DNA of 63,512 nucleotides, filler included, from Perkinsus olseni (GCA_013115125.1; 22 parts of 22 records of this genome joined end to end with filler, not necessarily neighbours in it), one strand, 5' to 3'; positions 25,613 to 40,876 are shown, counted from the whole stretch's first letter. Notes: generated by a model from the sequence alone, not told the origin. Numbers and translations: made by a program.

Positions 25613-26328
25613 ATGACGTTTCCGCCGACGTTACCAACAGTGCCGCGATATAAGTTACTTTTCTCATTGCTTACTATTATACCGGCAGGGATTACCACCA
25701 TACCTCTTTACTTGGCACCGAAGTCATCATGGTACATTTACCTCTCAGTAAGACCAGGGATCTGCTTGAGGCCAGCCTTCGAGCCGCACGCGTGTGGACG
25801 AGCGGGTGTCGTGCATAATAGATGTATCCATTCATTACATGGGAGCAATTCGAGAGACGTCGCGTGTTGGGCTAGATTCGGGTCTAGGTAGACATTGGAG
25901 CTTCTTACGCCAGTCGATTGGGCAGAGGGAGTCCATCTTTTATAGCGCTTCATTATACTTGGACATTAGGGCACAATGTTCATTCAAAGGCTGCGTAGTA
26001 GCATTTGAGAATAGCAGCCCCCCGTGAATGGTGTGACGAGCAATTTCAATAGCTGTCAACAGGAATGTCTGACTACCCTACAGACCGCTCCACTTTCTCC
26101 CTCCTCAGATCATCGGCCCTATATTCGCCAATTTTGCTGTTAAGTTCAACTGGCCGGCCATCGACGCCTTCGCGAGGACCGGCATTATTGGTCGATGGTT
26201 GGGCACTGGACTAGGCTGTCTGGCGCACTTCATTGTCGATGAGATGGGTGGCGGTACCTACTACAAGCTTTGGGCTATACTATTCTTCCTACCTGTTACT
26301 TACTTCTTCTGTATGTCACAGTCGAGTG
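25613..26328 (+). CDS. Membrane protein N-terminal exons, probably the next ALMT/FUSC paralogue
   Basis: TM-rich exons; ARTGIIGRWLGTGLGC resembles the R-x-LGT-x-LG motif. Confidence 0.45.
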
Positions 26329-27593
26329 NNNNNNNNNNNNNNNNNNNNNNNNNNNNNNNNNNNNNNNNNNNNTTAATTAATTAANNNNNNNNNNNNNNNN
26401 NNNNNNNNNNNNNNNNNNNNNNNNNNNNGAGAGTCTCAGCGCGCGGGAAGGGCCCTACTGCTGCAGGCCGCCAATCGAGGTGAAGCCACACATTTGCAGG
26501 TAAAGGCAGTCGTTGAGATGAGGGGTCTCATACTGGCCTCTTTCCTAACAGCTGCTGTCCACCACAGCGCAGCAACCGGGTTGGAGGGGCTCACACTGCA
26601 GACTTTCCGAATAGCAGCCTCGCACATCGGTCTTGGCTCGCCGATGGTCCAGTGCCTGCAATTGTCCAAATCCGCCACTCTGGGGTCCACTTCCCTCTCC
26701 AAATCTGAACGACAGAGCTCAGCAGAGCTAGCCTAAAGATTCATGAGGCCCCGTTCGTGTCACCACCTCCGCGCTCACTGCTAGCGCTCCCCGCTTTAGT
26801 ACTGGTGTCACCGGGCAAGCTATGAGGCGCTGGCGCGCTGGGCACGCTGGACGTATTCGATGTCTCAGAGTTCTGGTCCCATGAAGGGTCCCCGTCGGGT
26901 GGCGTGGACATAGTGGTAGCTGTCCTAATGGCAGCAATACTACTAGACACCGTTCTCACAATACGGTCGCTTCTCTCACTGTGCGTTTCAGTCACGTCCC
27001 TCGCAACGACAAGCGAGAAACCCAAACGCATGGTGACCACTGTGCTGAGCGACAAAATGTATTTTTCTTCCTGCCTGAGACGAGGCTGAAGATTTGTCAC
27101 TCGCCTCGGAGTGCCAGCCGTGACACCCATCGGAGAATCGCCGTCACATACAGGCACACTCCGGAGCAACAGTCAGGTGAGAGGGGCCACAGCAATACAA
27201 ACTCTTCGGACATAATAGGAGAGCATGTAGCAGAATGCAAGTTACTACTAGCGTGATGATCGGCAGTAGCCGCACCAGAGAGGCCGCACCACTGGTGGCA
27301 GACCCTACTGACGAACCCCAGATGTCGGTTCCGCTACGCAAATGGCAGCGCGGATGTGACAGTCCCGGAGGGAGAGGATTCCTGAGGTGATGTGAGAGGA
27401 ATGAGCAATAGAATTCTCTGCTGTGAGACTCGGGTGAACACAACAACTTAGTGACTGTACAGAACGATAACCACAATAACAACAAGACAAAACGACCTCT
27501 ATCAGGCATGGTCATCACGTTCACCACAAAAGGACACAAATGAAGACAGATGGATAAATAATAATGAACCCTCGACGCATCTGACACCAACAT

Positions 27594-28565
27594 CTATGCG
27601 GGTGTCACAAGAATATTTCCTTTCTCTGGCCGGAACTCCCAGTTCTCAAAATGAGCGTTGCTCACTATGTCCTCAAAGACTCTCTTATATGCATCACAAA
27701 CTACATCGTAAGTTCCGGCTTCTTGCTTGATACCATCGAGCACAGCCGAGCAGAGGCTCACGAACTTATCTATCACATCTTTCCCCTCCTCCGTCTGCCA
27801 GTCATAGGACGCCTCGAACAGGAATTCTACAGTGGGTCTAAAATTCTTCTTCCTAACAGCCCCATACAGCTCCTCTCTTTCGCGGCGGTACGCGCTTTGA
27901 TCCAGTCCGCTTAGTGGATCCCATCCAGAGTTGTCAGGAGGGCCTCTGGGAAAAACGTACGTGGGTCTAATATCTGGGTACTTGGGTCTGTAGGACTCGA
28001 GAGTGGTACCGCCAACGTAACTACAACATTAAAAGCAAAGTGGTCGGCGCGAGGAGCACACTACGCGGCATCTGCGCCTACCTTGCCATGAACGCATGCC
28101 GCCTAGCAGCAGTGGGACAGTGAATGGCATGCGTTCGCACGATATCGGCCTCGGCGTAAACATCCAGTGATGCGTACTCCTCGGTGGAGGTTTTGCCATT
28201 ATTGAAGTAACAACGAGTAGCGTTTTTCTTCACATCGAAGAACGATGGAATCCGCGGGGGGAAGGCCTGAAAGTGCGCGATGGAACTGTTAGACAGAATC
28301 GACAGGAGCTCGGTGATCCCGTCAATGATTCTCTCAAGAGTCAATCACACGAAGATATCCCATCACTTCTACACACGAAGACATCACGATACATAGCAGC
28401 CACAATGAACGACGATGCTCTTACTCCAGAAGGATCTTCGAGAGCGCGCCTGGAAGCGCGTCTGGAAGCGCGTCTGGAAGCACGTTTGGGAGAGCCTTTG
28501 CCTGCAGTGACAAGGGATAAGCTTGACAGCAGCACAGCAGTAATAGCTGCAGTAGATGTTCTCAT
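27594..28565 (-). CDS. Secreted protein of unknown family (paralogue A), spliced
   Basis: Signal peptide MRTSTAAITAVLLSSLSLVTAG, RASR repeats, QAFPP, RTHAIHCP, SLCSA...VVCDAY. Confidence 0.65.
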
Positions 28566-29046
28566 GATGAGATTTTAAACGTCTTAAACACTGCGATGAG
28601 ACAGTTGACACCAATCGTCACCGCGCTCCCTCCTGCACGACGAACGAGAATCTTTGCCCCTTTCAGCCCGTTCCGAACGAGTTGCTGTGCTCGTCCTGAG
28701 CCTTCTTATCTTGCCTGTCATGAAACTAGCCCCAGCTGATAACGGCGAGTTCGATCATTGGCTTGGGGCACACTGGCGCACAACGGTACGACCGAGCAGT
28801 GCAGAAGCACGACGATTCCCCGATGAGGACAACTTTCTCGCTCTCGGGTATTCTTTCTCTCTTCCAACCGAAGAGGGCGGGTAGTCAGGATCATATCTAA
28901 CCCTGGTGGCAACAGCCCGTTACAGGTTGGTATTTCGACGGGCGTTACGCAGCTGACTTCATCATTCTAAGTAGATCTAGGGGCACCAACCGCGTCACCT
29001 AGGGGTAGCGCGATAGAAAACAATGCAACAACAGCAGCAGTTGACA

Positions 29047-29068
29047 CTCCCATCATGGGAGTCCCATG
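29047..29068. repeat. 22-bp 7-8-7 scar, target CTCCCATG
   Basis: ctcccat + catgggag + tcccatg, exact. Confidence 0.9.
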
Positions 29069-31981
29069 CTTGGTCGAGTCGTAATTTTGGAATGAATATT
29101 ATTTGAGAACTATAAAGGATTATTGGTCACTACGTCACAGTAGTCTACGTGCAGCTGCGTGAAACACAATCCTGTCCCTTCAGGGCGCTCGCATGTTTTG
29201 CAATGCCTTCTGCCTGATTCGCTAGANNNNNNNNNNNNNNNNNNNNNNNNNNNNNNNNNNNNNNNNNNNNTTAATTAATTAANNNNNNNNNNNNNNNNNN
29301 NNNNNNNNNNNNNNNNNNNNNNNNNNCCACTACCTGCAGAGTAAGACCCTCGCACTGGTCCAGCAGGAACTTTCTCTTCGTTATCGCGTCCGCGCTGTCA
29401 CCCGGGACCACCGAGGCCACTATTTCTTGAAGGACAGCGCCTTGATCAGCCATGGACGACTGATGACAATAACAAACTACGGCAAAACAGGAGATAACCT
29501 CACTACCGCACCCGGTAGAGTTATCGGACTCCCTCATTGGAGTCAAGAGGCATTGTGCACGGTCAACAACACCTACGACGCGCGGCGCTCCCCTCCCTGT
29601 TCGCTGGTCTTCAAGAAGACCAGGCTAGACTGTGGGAACGCAACACGCATTTCATATCGAACGGGCCGTGCCCGATACAGCCCTGCGTCTGCATGAGCGG
29701 AATGCCAACTGCTCTACAGCAGGCCACGTGTTACGTGACTGTCCACCATACTATCTGGCATACTATCCGGCCCTCGTCGCACGGCCCCTTCCCACGGGGA
29801 CCCGTGGCGGAGAGGACTGCCTCGGACTACCTCAGCTAGTCCTAGCAAAGCGCCAAGCTTGCTCTTGGGGGTGAGGTATCGGTTTTGAACAAAACCGCGC
29901 CCTCGAAAACACGTGGGAAACCACCCTCGGACGGTCAACCCACAGGCGTTTGTATGGGATGCCACTCCACTCCCGAAGTGGGCTTATTGCGTATCCTCCA
30001 AGAATTGCAACACTCCAGGTGTGCTCCGCTTGAACGAATACGTAGAGGGACCAACTTTTATACATTCCCGCATAACCAGTCAGAGCTTGCGGCTGGTCTT
30101 AAGGAAGACCAGGCGCGCAAGGACCCGGCCGAGACCAGAGTCACCTCCTCCATACACGCCCCCTCCTGGTGTGATACCAAGGAGGGTAGCCCGCTGACCC
30201 TTGCCGGCGTCTTGGGCAAAGAACGGCCAAACTGGCCTTCGAGGTTACGGCCTACCCGAGGCACCCATAACCATAGCTACGTTCACGAGATGTGAAGCGG
30301 TCTCATCCAGTGCTACTCGTCACCGAAGGCACCCTTGTTGAGGTTCTATTTGAGACCACTCCGCCATACGATGGCAGTAAAAAAGAAAACAACTGCATTC
30401 GTGAACCCCAACGAGAAAAAAAAACGTAATCACACGTTAAAGAGCTATAACACTTCTTTGCACATTCACCAACGCCTCCATATATTACGCCACGACTAGC
30501 TCACTAGCCAGTCACCGGGTGCCACAGCCCGCACAAACTTTCGCGCTCGCCCGGGCCGCCCACACAAGGGTGATCCTAATCACATCAAACCACAGCTAGA
30601 GGTTTCCCCCACAAGAAATCGTTCCGCATTTCTCTACGATATAAATCCTCAAGGTAATTCTCGGAACAAACCTTTCAAGATGGATGCCGGAATGAGAAAC
30701 GGCTTGATTTCAATGAAGTGTGCCATTTTCAGCAGAAACCTTATTCAGACACGATACTAGTAGGCGCTAGCATGTACACAACATGAAGGAAACATCTGGC
30801 CTCGCGGTAAAAGTTAAAAGAATCCCCGTGAGGGCTCTAGGGGTGTGATGCAATTAATGCGGGGGATATTGTGACGTTCCCATCGGATAAAAGGAGGAAA
30901 TGTGATATGCTGTATAAGTTCGTCGACGAGGCCTCCAGCGAAATTACCCCGTTCAAGGGGGAGATCCACCCGTGGATTACATCTCCCTTCATCCTGATTT
31001 CTGATGCAACAGCTAAGTTGCCCTTTACGCAGCACGTGGAGATACAGACGATAACTGACAAGACACCAGACGAGTCTCAGATGCCAACAAGCAGCTCACG
31101 AGAGAGAGATCGTTGTGGATGACGGGGATGGTACTGCTGATAATATCCCGAATCATTCGAGAGTCATAGTAGGGCAATGCGCATAGTAGGGAGCTCTCCT
31201 AGCGCTGCCTTGGGTGGGTATTTGCAGAATGGGCCCCAGAACGCTACCAGACAGCATAGGTCCTATGCTGGTAAGTTCACGGCTGTCGAGCTGTTTGAGA
31301 TATTGCGGTCAATTTATGACAGACAGCATAAAATCATCGACCCAGTGTACTGTAGCAGACCGTGTTTGTTTGAAAAGTCCACCGTGGAAGGCGTCACGCA
31401 GAGTTATTTGTGTGTCATTGCAAGCTTGTGCGCAGTAACATCACCCTATTCAATCGGCTGAGGGCGCAGAGGCCATCAGATCTAACCGGTTATCGACGAT
31501 AACCGGCTATACGATAACTTATCCGATAAGTCTTGTCGTATAGAGGTTCATATCTTTGCTCGCATCGTGACGAAGTCTCGGTAAGTAGAGCCCGTGAGGC
31601 CTTTGAAAGCGACCGGGTATTTTCATTGGATCCATGGCCTAATGTGTGTCCGATCGGAAATTGCATTAGACGAGTCTTTTGGTAGAATTAGTTTGGTGCT
31701 TAGATTGTCTCAAAACCACTGATGCGATCAAGGGCAAAGATTCAGAGCCGTTGACTAGGAAAGAGCAACACCAGGTGTTTAGCCAGGCCCTGGCTAGTTA
31801 CGTAACCTCTTCGGAAACATCTCTCAGGTGCGAAGAGTTCAGGATGCGAAGACTTCGCATTCCCGCAAATATTTCATTAAAGGTGATCGGGCGCGGAAAG
31901 TTTCCACTGGAAACGTCAGCGTCGTGCATGGGCTTCGCGAGACGGGCCAGCAAGCACTCACTCCGAAGAGGAAGCGAATTC

Positions 31982-32022
31982 TAGTGGACTCCACTAAGTG
32001 GAGATAGACTATCTCAGAGAGT
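31982..32022. repeat. Two overlapping 7-8-7 scars (targets TAGTGGAG exact; GAGATAGT with 1 mismatch)
   Basis: tagtgga+ctccacta+agtggag (31982-32003); gagatag+actatctc+agagagt (32001-32022). Confidence 0.88.
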
Positions 32023-32224
32023 GCGCCATCTGCCGTCACCCTAATCCATGTATCTAGCCACACTCGCAGCAAAGCCGCTAGACGTGCGATCTCGAGTTAG
32101 ACATTCATTGTGTTGCGATGCAGGNNNNNNNNNNNNNNNNNNNNNNNNNNNNNNNNNNNNNNNNNNNNTTAATTAATTAANNNNNNNNNNNNNNNNNNNN
32201 NNNNNNNNNNNNNNNNNNNNNNNN

Positions 32225-33034
<810 letters not shown>

Positions 33035-33211
33035 TATGAGGGTTTAATAATTGATACTAGCAATCATCGCTATCATTTCTCCTAACTGATTGTCGGTATT
33101 GAGTTGATCATCATTATCACCGATATTACGTCACGACCTATCATCCCCGTCGTCATCTCCGTCGTCATCTCCGTGGTCATAATAGTAGTACTTCCAGTCT
33201 TTGAGTATATA

Positions 33212-34903
33212 ATGTCAGCCTTCGAGGAGTTCGGATTACACCCTTCCATTATCCGTGCTATAGAGGATTTGGATTGGACATTACCAACACCAGTACAGGC
33301 AGAAGCCGTACCCCTAATACTCGGTATTATCAATCATGATCATCATACTACTACTACCCATCATCCTCCTCATCATCATGCCGCTGAGTGTAGGTGGTGG
33401 TGATGTGTGTATATGTGCTGAGACGGGTACTGGCAAGACTGCAGCATTCGGTCTAGCTTCAATACAGCAGATATATGAATACAGAACAACAACAACATCA
33501 TCGAAGAAGAAGAACAGTAATAACAACAGTTCTAATAACAATATCATTAATACGACAAGAATGCAACATTGATATTTGATTAAGATACGACGAAGGTACA
33601 TGGTGGTGATGGTGGTACCATGAGTGGCAAGATTCCTTCGCCTTATTGTATAATATTGGAACCAACGATACCTCTATGTGAGCAGACATGTAAGTGCATG
33701 AAGGAGTATTCAAAGTAATGTTACTTACTATTCATCATCATCATTATCATCGTGGTTGTTATTAGGGATTTACAACCACCTGTGAATATACATTTGTATG
33801 CGGCTGATGCAAGGGGGCCTAAAGGAGTTCAACCGGACGCTATAGTTGGTACACCACAGAAGATTAAGAATTCTGTAATATAATCATCATCATCATCACC
33901 ATCCTCGATAATTATAATGGATTGTTGTTGTTTAGATACTTCGTGGTCAGTTGGATTTGTCGAGAGTATTCATGTTGATACTTGATGAGGCTGATGATCT
34001 TATCAAAAATGATCAAGACAAGATACTCGCTAAGTTATGTAAGTTGTGGTACGATGAGTGGTAACTAGGAGTATGGTCAGCATCATCATCATAATCAGGT
34101 GATGATATTAAAAGCCATGGTGAAAGGGATGCTTCATCTGAGGGTCCGAGAGTTCAAGTTGTATTAACAAGTGCTACATTGGCTAGCGAAGAGGTTCAAG
34201 ATATGATTAAACTATTGACACTGAATGCTCAATGGGTTGATACACGAGGGAGTATACTTGGCAATGTCCTCCCTGATACGGTACATCATGCCATCTATCG
34301 TATACATCCTCAAGATGATATCAAACCCATAAAAAAAGGATGCAAGAATCCCAATGCATCAGTACCCACGGGTAATAACAACAACCTCCAAGTAATCCTA
34401 GTAATCATATTTCAATTATCTTTATGGCAGATGGCATCTATGCATTAGACCATACAACGGGTATACAATCAGAGGAGATCAAGTTGAAGAAGCCAAAGAT
34501 TGCTGTTAAAGTCATTCCAACACTTGTACTAGTCATCATGATCATGATATTGTTGTTGGTTTAGATTGCTGATGCATATAAAATGGACAGATGTATGGTC
34601 TTCTGTCGTACCAATCTAGATTGTGATAACCTAGAATCATACTTCCATTCTCTTGATGGTATACCACCGTAAGTTACATCATCGACAACAAGCCCACTAA
34701 TTTATTATTCTTATTATTATTAGTCATCGCCATGTGAGTGTTGAAGAGATGATGACATCTACGGCTGGTTATCAGTAACACTCGCCTTTAATATCATTAT
34801 TGAGGATGCTCATGTATAGGTATAGTTGTTGTGTAGTAGCCGGTGCAAGAGGGAGACAACACAATCAAGAAGCATTAGAGGCATTCAAGCAAGGGGTTAT
34901 AAG
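33212..34903 (+). CDS. DDX1: DDX1-like DEAD-box RNA helicase, multi-exon, 3'-truncated
   Basis: MSAFEEFG...[62 protein letters not shown]. Confidence 0.85.
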
Positions 34904-34917
34904 GTAATACCAGTATA

Positions 34918-35020
<103 letters not shown>

Positions 35021-36792
35021 NNNNNNNNNNNNNNNNNNNNNNNNNNNNNNNNNNNNNNNNNNNNTTAATTAATTAANNNNNNNNNNNNNNNNNNNNNNNN
35101 NNNNNNNNNNNNNNNNNNNNCCACCGTCCTACAAGCGATGCCCACGAAAGATCATCCATAACACAGTGCTGATCATTGATTAGCTCTGACACCTATGTGT
35201 AGGACTCGTAGTACGAGTCCCGTAAAGAGAAAAATTTGTGTACGAGTCTCGTACACAAATTTTCAAGGCCATATTCGCATGCTGTGGCTCACACTATCTG
35301 TCAAAAAGTTAAGCCGTGATTTTTGCACTTCATTGGAGTTTACACGGGGCAGACGGCCGAAAATGCCCATAGGGCCGCAACGATAGTTCGGCTCTTACGA
35401 TCAAACCGAGGGCTATTTAAGGTAGAGGGCGGGCTCTCTAATGGTGGTATTCGGCCTCCCTCATCAGTCTTGAGTAGCTTCCACGGGGGTCCTTTTCGGC
35501 AAATTTCGAAATACCGTGGACGCTGGAAGCTGGAATACCCGCGATATCTATAACCGGTTTTTTTCTTGGGGCACTTTGATTTTCGGCGGCACCGTGCGGC
35601 GTCACAACACTAAAGGTTAGGGTAGAGTAGTTGCTGGTTGTGAGAAACCGCGAAGTAACCGCAAGCAGGCAAGCATGCTACGAGAGGGAATTAGTTGGGC
35701 TGGCCTCGCCGCCGAACTCTACCGCACGAAATCTGGGTGTAGCGCAGCAGCAACCCGCAAGGCGAACCGCTACACTGGAGCCCGCGAGCCGGTCGCTTGC
35801 GGACTAACAATCTGCGATGGCAGCGGTTATTTGCAGTTGCGGGTCCGCTGCAAGGTGGTGGTGTGATCAAGCGGGCCAGTGTGATCACACCACAACCTCC
35901 AACGTGGGCGGAAAGGGTGGGGGAGAACAGAATGACTGTAACGAACGGCAACTGAGGCAAAATGTGAGCATCGTGTTGATCGCCCCTGACCGGCACGGGT
36001 GGCGTCCGCTGCCGCACTGATGTTGCTGCACGGGCAAATGGTATCATCCACGCTGCGGCTTGGGGCGCGCCGAACTTGTCTACTCTGTAAACCACACGAA
36101 CGTTGAGACTCGGTGGAAACAAGCAAGAATAGTGTGAAAGCGCCCGGGAAAACATGAGAATGCACTGGTCAAATGCACAGATTATCACAGAAAAGTCACC
36201 GCTGTTGTGAATGTCGCGGGGATCTTGTCACTTCTGGGTCAAGGTGACCTTCAAAAGGTCACTCGAGCCGCGTCGAAAATTGTGATTCACAATTATAGCC
36301 AGTTGAGTCAGTTGTGTCAGGCAGGCTGCCTGAGGCAGCTGATGTTGCGACGAGACGGGTTCCTGGCATGGCGTCTGTGCGGCATTCCGAATACCGCCCT
36401 CATTCCTGAAACGCCGATTTTAACTGAGGCTTGCAGGCACAGTGAGCAAGCTTGTGTAATCTCGAAGGACAAGTTTTTAGCGAATCAGACTTGACTAGGT
36501 AGAGCAAGGCAACCTGGCCCGCGTGAACACACGGAAGACCTCGGGCTTGAGCCAACGAGTTACGTTTGTGTATTAGTCACCGGGGGTTTCAGTCTTTTAC
36601 GCCTTAACACAACTCCACAGCCATCGGTCCACAACGAGGCATCATTCACTCATCATCACGAATATGGTTTGGATTGTTTAGAACTGATAGATTAGGGGAA
36701 GTTGGCTCATCGTGTGAACTCAAATAATATCATCTGAGTGTCCTTTGCCGTGCCTTCGTGACTGGCTGCTTCTGCGTAGGCAAACACTGACC

Positions 36793-37596
36793 CTACTGAA
36801 GTGGGACCCAGGAGCCTTTCTTGACGTGCGCACTAGTCTGCCGATGCACTTCGCATACATTCTCGAATGAATGATAGCCATTCAACAGAACGTCTCTCAA
36901 AGCCGAGCAAAGACTGCTTAGTTTCTTGACGGCCGAGGCGCCCCTTTTGCCCATCTCCTTCAATTTGTCACCGTCGATAGATTTGTCCCGTGGATGGCTA
37001 TCGCTGTATCTGTTCAAATGCTTCGATCCCGCAAGGACACCAGCATGAAATTCTTTCAACTTCTTCTTCAAACTTGTAACGTCAAGGCTTCTGACAGGGT
37101 CCTTGGTGAACGTCCTCACAAAAACATCTTCTCCTCTACCAGTTTTTCTGACATATCCATTATGACTAAAAAAGAGAAGCAATGAGAGTCAGCATTAGCG
37201 TCACAAATTCACGTTTCTTACAACTCGCTCTTAAACGATTCACGGTGATTGAAACTCGCGGGGCAGATTATCTCTGTCGTTCTAGCTGGGGAATCTTTTC
37301 CCACAACAACGGTCAACTGGCGAGTGCGATCCACGAGCCCGTCTCCGTAGATGCAGTAGCCCGCACTATCGGCGAGCCCAATGCGAGCCTTATAGAGGGG
37401 AGGAAAGGCCTGAGAATAGTTGCCTTTATCGAAGCGCCACTAATCGTCACGCGAGTGTCTCTGCTAAGCAGAGTCTGCTTGCGCCTACATCTGTAGCATC
37501 GTGCCTCCAATGACCAGCCGTCGCTCTCATCATCATCTTTCCCTGTACGGTAATCACCACCATTGCCACCGTGCACGTTCTCAGGATGCTGGTCAT
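36793..37596 (-). CDS. Secreted protein of unknown family (paralogue B), spliced
   Basis: Signal peptide MTSILRTCTVAMVVITVQG; SQAFPP, RTTEIICP, SLCSA...NVCEVH. Confidence 0.65.
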
Positions 37597-37989
37597 GCGC
37601 TTGCTTTGAATGGACTAGCCACAGTAACGTTCGGAGAAGCTGATTCGATACACGAGGAAGGCTCTCCCCGTAAACCTCACACTAGCGACTAATTTCCTTC
37701 AATCTGAGTCAAGGCCATCGAGTCTGACTTAAGATTCTCGCGACCTATTCCGCGTGTACAAGAACCGATACTATTATCGTCATGATTTACATACACAATT
37801 ATTACTGTCCCTTTTCAACACAACACAGCTTAGTGTGGCTAAGATTCATATTCAATCTAGCTGTCGTTATTCAAAGTACATGAATGACCNNNNNNNNNNN
37901 NNNNNNNNNNNNNNNNNNNNNNNNNNNNNNNNNTTAATTAATTAANNNNNNNNNNNNNNNNNNNNNNNNNNNNNNNNNNNNNNNNNNNN

Positions 37990-40751
37990 TCTCGGCTTAT
38001 CCGGCCGGCAGCTAACACAAGATCATACAACTCGGGATCCGAGATGGTTACCGAATCGTCAGTTGAGCCATCGCCAGACTTCACTGCCGATCTCATGCAG
38101 GGCAGTTCACAAAGCCTTCCCCACATAACCATCATAGGAGTAAGTTGCGACTCACCAAGTTCAGTGTGGTTGACCATCCATTTGACATTCTCAAGGAGCA
38201 ACTCATCACTCCAATCGACCGAAGGTACGTCAGCCAACCACCGTCGTAGGCACTCCAGCAAACAACGATGTCTTCGTTCATAAAACCCTCCAGTCTGCCC
38301 ATGATTCGCCGGGCCAAGGACCCAGCGTATACCGGCAGATTTGGCCCATTCTTGGACCTCCTTCGAGCCAAACTCTCCATCACTTTGAACCTCGTAAGGA
38401 AAACCATTCCGCACAAAGAGCAGAGATAGACCCCGAATGAAACTACAAGCATCAGTAGAGTTGATGATCGTAAAATCGGTAAACCCGCTAAAAGTATCTA
38501 TAGCGGTTAAGAAGAGATAACCGCGCTTCACAACAACACCATCAACACCTACACGATACCATGGCTTCAATATCTTAGAGTCAGGCAACCGAGTGGAAAA
38601 GTTAACTTCTATACGACCATCACTGTCCACTCGCTGACAAGTAGGGCACACACTTTTTGCCCATCGACATTTTGTACCCATCTTAGAGAACCAGCACCAA
38701 CGTTGCAACCATGATTTCAGTTGCCTCCCCGAAGCATGCGTTCTCTTATGACCTTCACGAACCACCCAGTCGATCCAAGTAGAGGGTATAACCAGCTGAC
38801 GTTGTAGTCGACCGTACTCGTCAAAACACTGTTCTCGATATAGGACACCATCGATGTCGAGGAAAACTGGCTGATTCTTGAAAGACTCACACGCCGGACA
38901 GACCTTTTGGTCGGCCTTCAACTTCTCAAGATCGAGATCAAGACTGATCAGGCAAGGAGCAATGACGAATCCCACAGCATTCTGCTGTTCCTCATCATCA
39001 GAGGTAGCACGTACTTGGTCATCCTGACCCAACTCGGTCACGTGTGCTATCAACTCCTGCAGAGGATCTCTGCCAATGTGGACACCACGATCTTCGACAC
39101 TAGTATCAGTGGTAATACCGCGAGCCAGAGCGTCAATGAAGGAAACACAGCCTTCTCGGCAACTCCATATGGTGAGCCATACCGTTCTCTGGTAGAGTAG
39201 CAGACCACGGTACTCTTCCTCGGAGTCAGCGTAATCCAGCTCGACCTCATTCCACCATGCCGACGAATTTTTGTTGTCGCTATCAACAGCCAAAGGCGTA
39301 GTGATGAGGGCAAGGTTTCTGACGACAGCACGGATCATACCGCGCCTCTCCTTGACTGTAGAGGACCGCTTCACTTCGAGTGGTGATAATGCACACCCAT
39401 CTATAGCCAAAGGTAGCATCACCGCCTCCCGATCGGGTGGAAGTACTAGACCCAGTCCATGACATACCTCCTTAGTGAGGCTGTCCAACTCTCTCAACCA
39501 TTTTGGACCATCGGTACCGATCTCGCCTGCCTCATCCTTAGGAACGCTGAATATCTGCAGCAACATGCACGACCACGCATCCTTATTGGTGTCAACAATA
39601 AGACAGCTACCCAAGATAGGAGTCTTCGACGATCCTCCTATAACATACAGAGAGAGAAGACCAGAGAAGTAGTTACGACAGAGACTCGTAACATGCTCAA
39701 CGGCAGTAGGAGATGGTGACGAAGTTAGCTTGTAGAGCTGGTAGAGGGTACCGTGAGAACCATACGGCAACCATCTTCTTAACCACTGGAACCGGCCCGC
39801 CCACGAGCGAATCCATTTTCGTCGTGATTGGTCATCGGCAAGGCCGTTATACTCCTTCATGCTCTGAGCAACAGCGGGTTCAGAGAGCCCATACTTATCC
39901 TTGATTACCGGAGACACCTCCAAGCCTTGGCAGATGAGGCCACAGAAGGTAACCCGCACACCAACTTCACTCTTCTCTTCACTAACTATGAAATGATGTC
40001 GGCGGCCAACTGTAGTAACCAGGCGTCTTCCAGAGATGGCGTCCTGCTCGCATGACGCACCACCGAGCACGTCATCCTGAAAATGCTCAATCTTAATATC
40101 AAGATTGACAAGGGCAGCTTCCCTCCTCACTTCACGTAGATAGTGATCCATACACCGAGTGAATATTATTGGAGAGAAGCGCCATCCCTGAACCAGGCAT
40201 AGTGGTTGGAAGTAATGCAGACCTCCCTCCGAGTCGTAAGCTCTCACCGTAAAGTAAGATAGCATTCCTTCCGGAAGGAGTACAGATGAGAATGCATCCT
40301 CCAAGTCCACTTTAAAATAGACCTTCCGATAACAGAGCGGCCAACTTAACAGAATGCTAAGAGCATTCTGCTGGCTCTGAGTGGCGAATGGTGACGGCAC
40401 AGAGTCTGAGAGATCACGATCATTGGCCCACCAATATTGGCACTGTCCAGGCTCACCACCACCAGGAACCACAGCGAGTTTCATAGAGTTCAGCCGTCTG
40501 CAATCAACCGTAACTCTAAACCTCTTCCGTATAGCCACGTCGGGCATCTGCTCAACGTTCCCTAAAGGCTCACCGGGCTTCTTGTCAACAAGAACTACCT
40601 CGTTCACGTGGTTAATCTGATCAGGGCCGACTTCTCGCATCTTCCCTTCACTGCAGGCGATCTTCAGCCGCCGGTATATAGCAATCTGCCGGGACCTAGG
40701 GCGACGACGGATGGCCTCACAAAAAGGTTGCATCAGAGCGCCCTCTAAAAC
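37990..40751 (-). mobile_element. Ty3/Gypsy-like LTR retrotransposon pol (RT-RNaseH-integrase), uninterrupted
   Basis: VDLEDAF, QGWRFSP, FQDDVL, IVDTNKDAW, H-x3-H...CPTC zinc finger, VGVDG / QSDGEF / YERRH integrase core. Confidence 0.92.
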
Positions 40752-40876
40752 NNNNNNNNNNNNNNNNNNNNNNNNNNNNNNNNNNNNNNNNNNNNTTAAT
40801 TAATTAANNNNNNNNNNNNNNNNNNNNNNNNNNNNNNNNNNNNNNNNNNNNTAGTTCTCATTTCCACTAATCCCTC

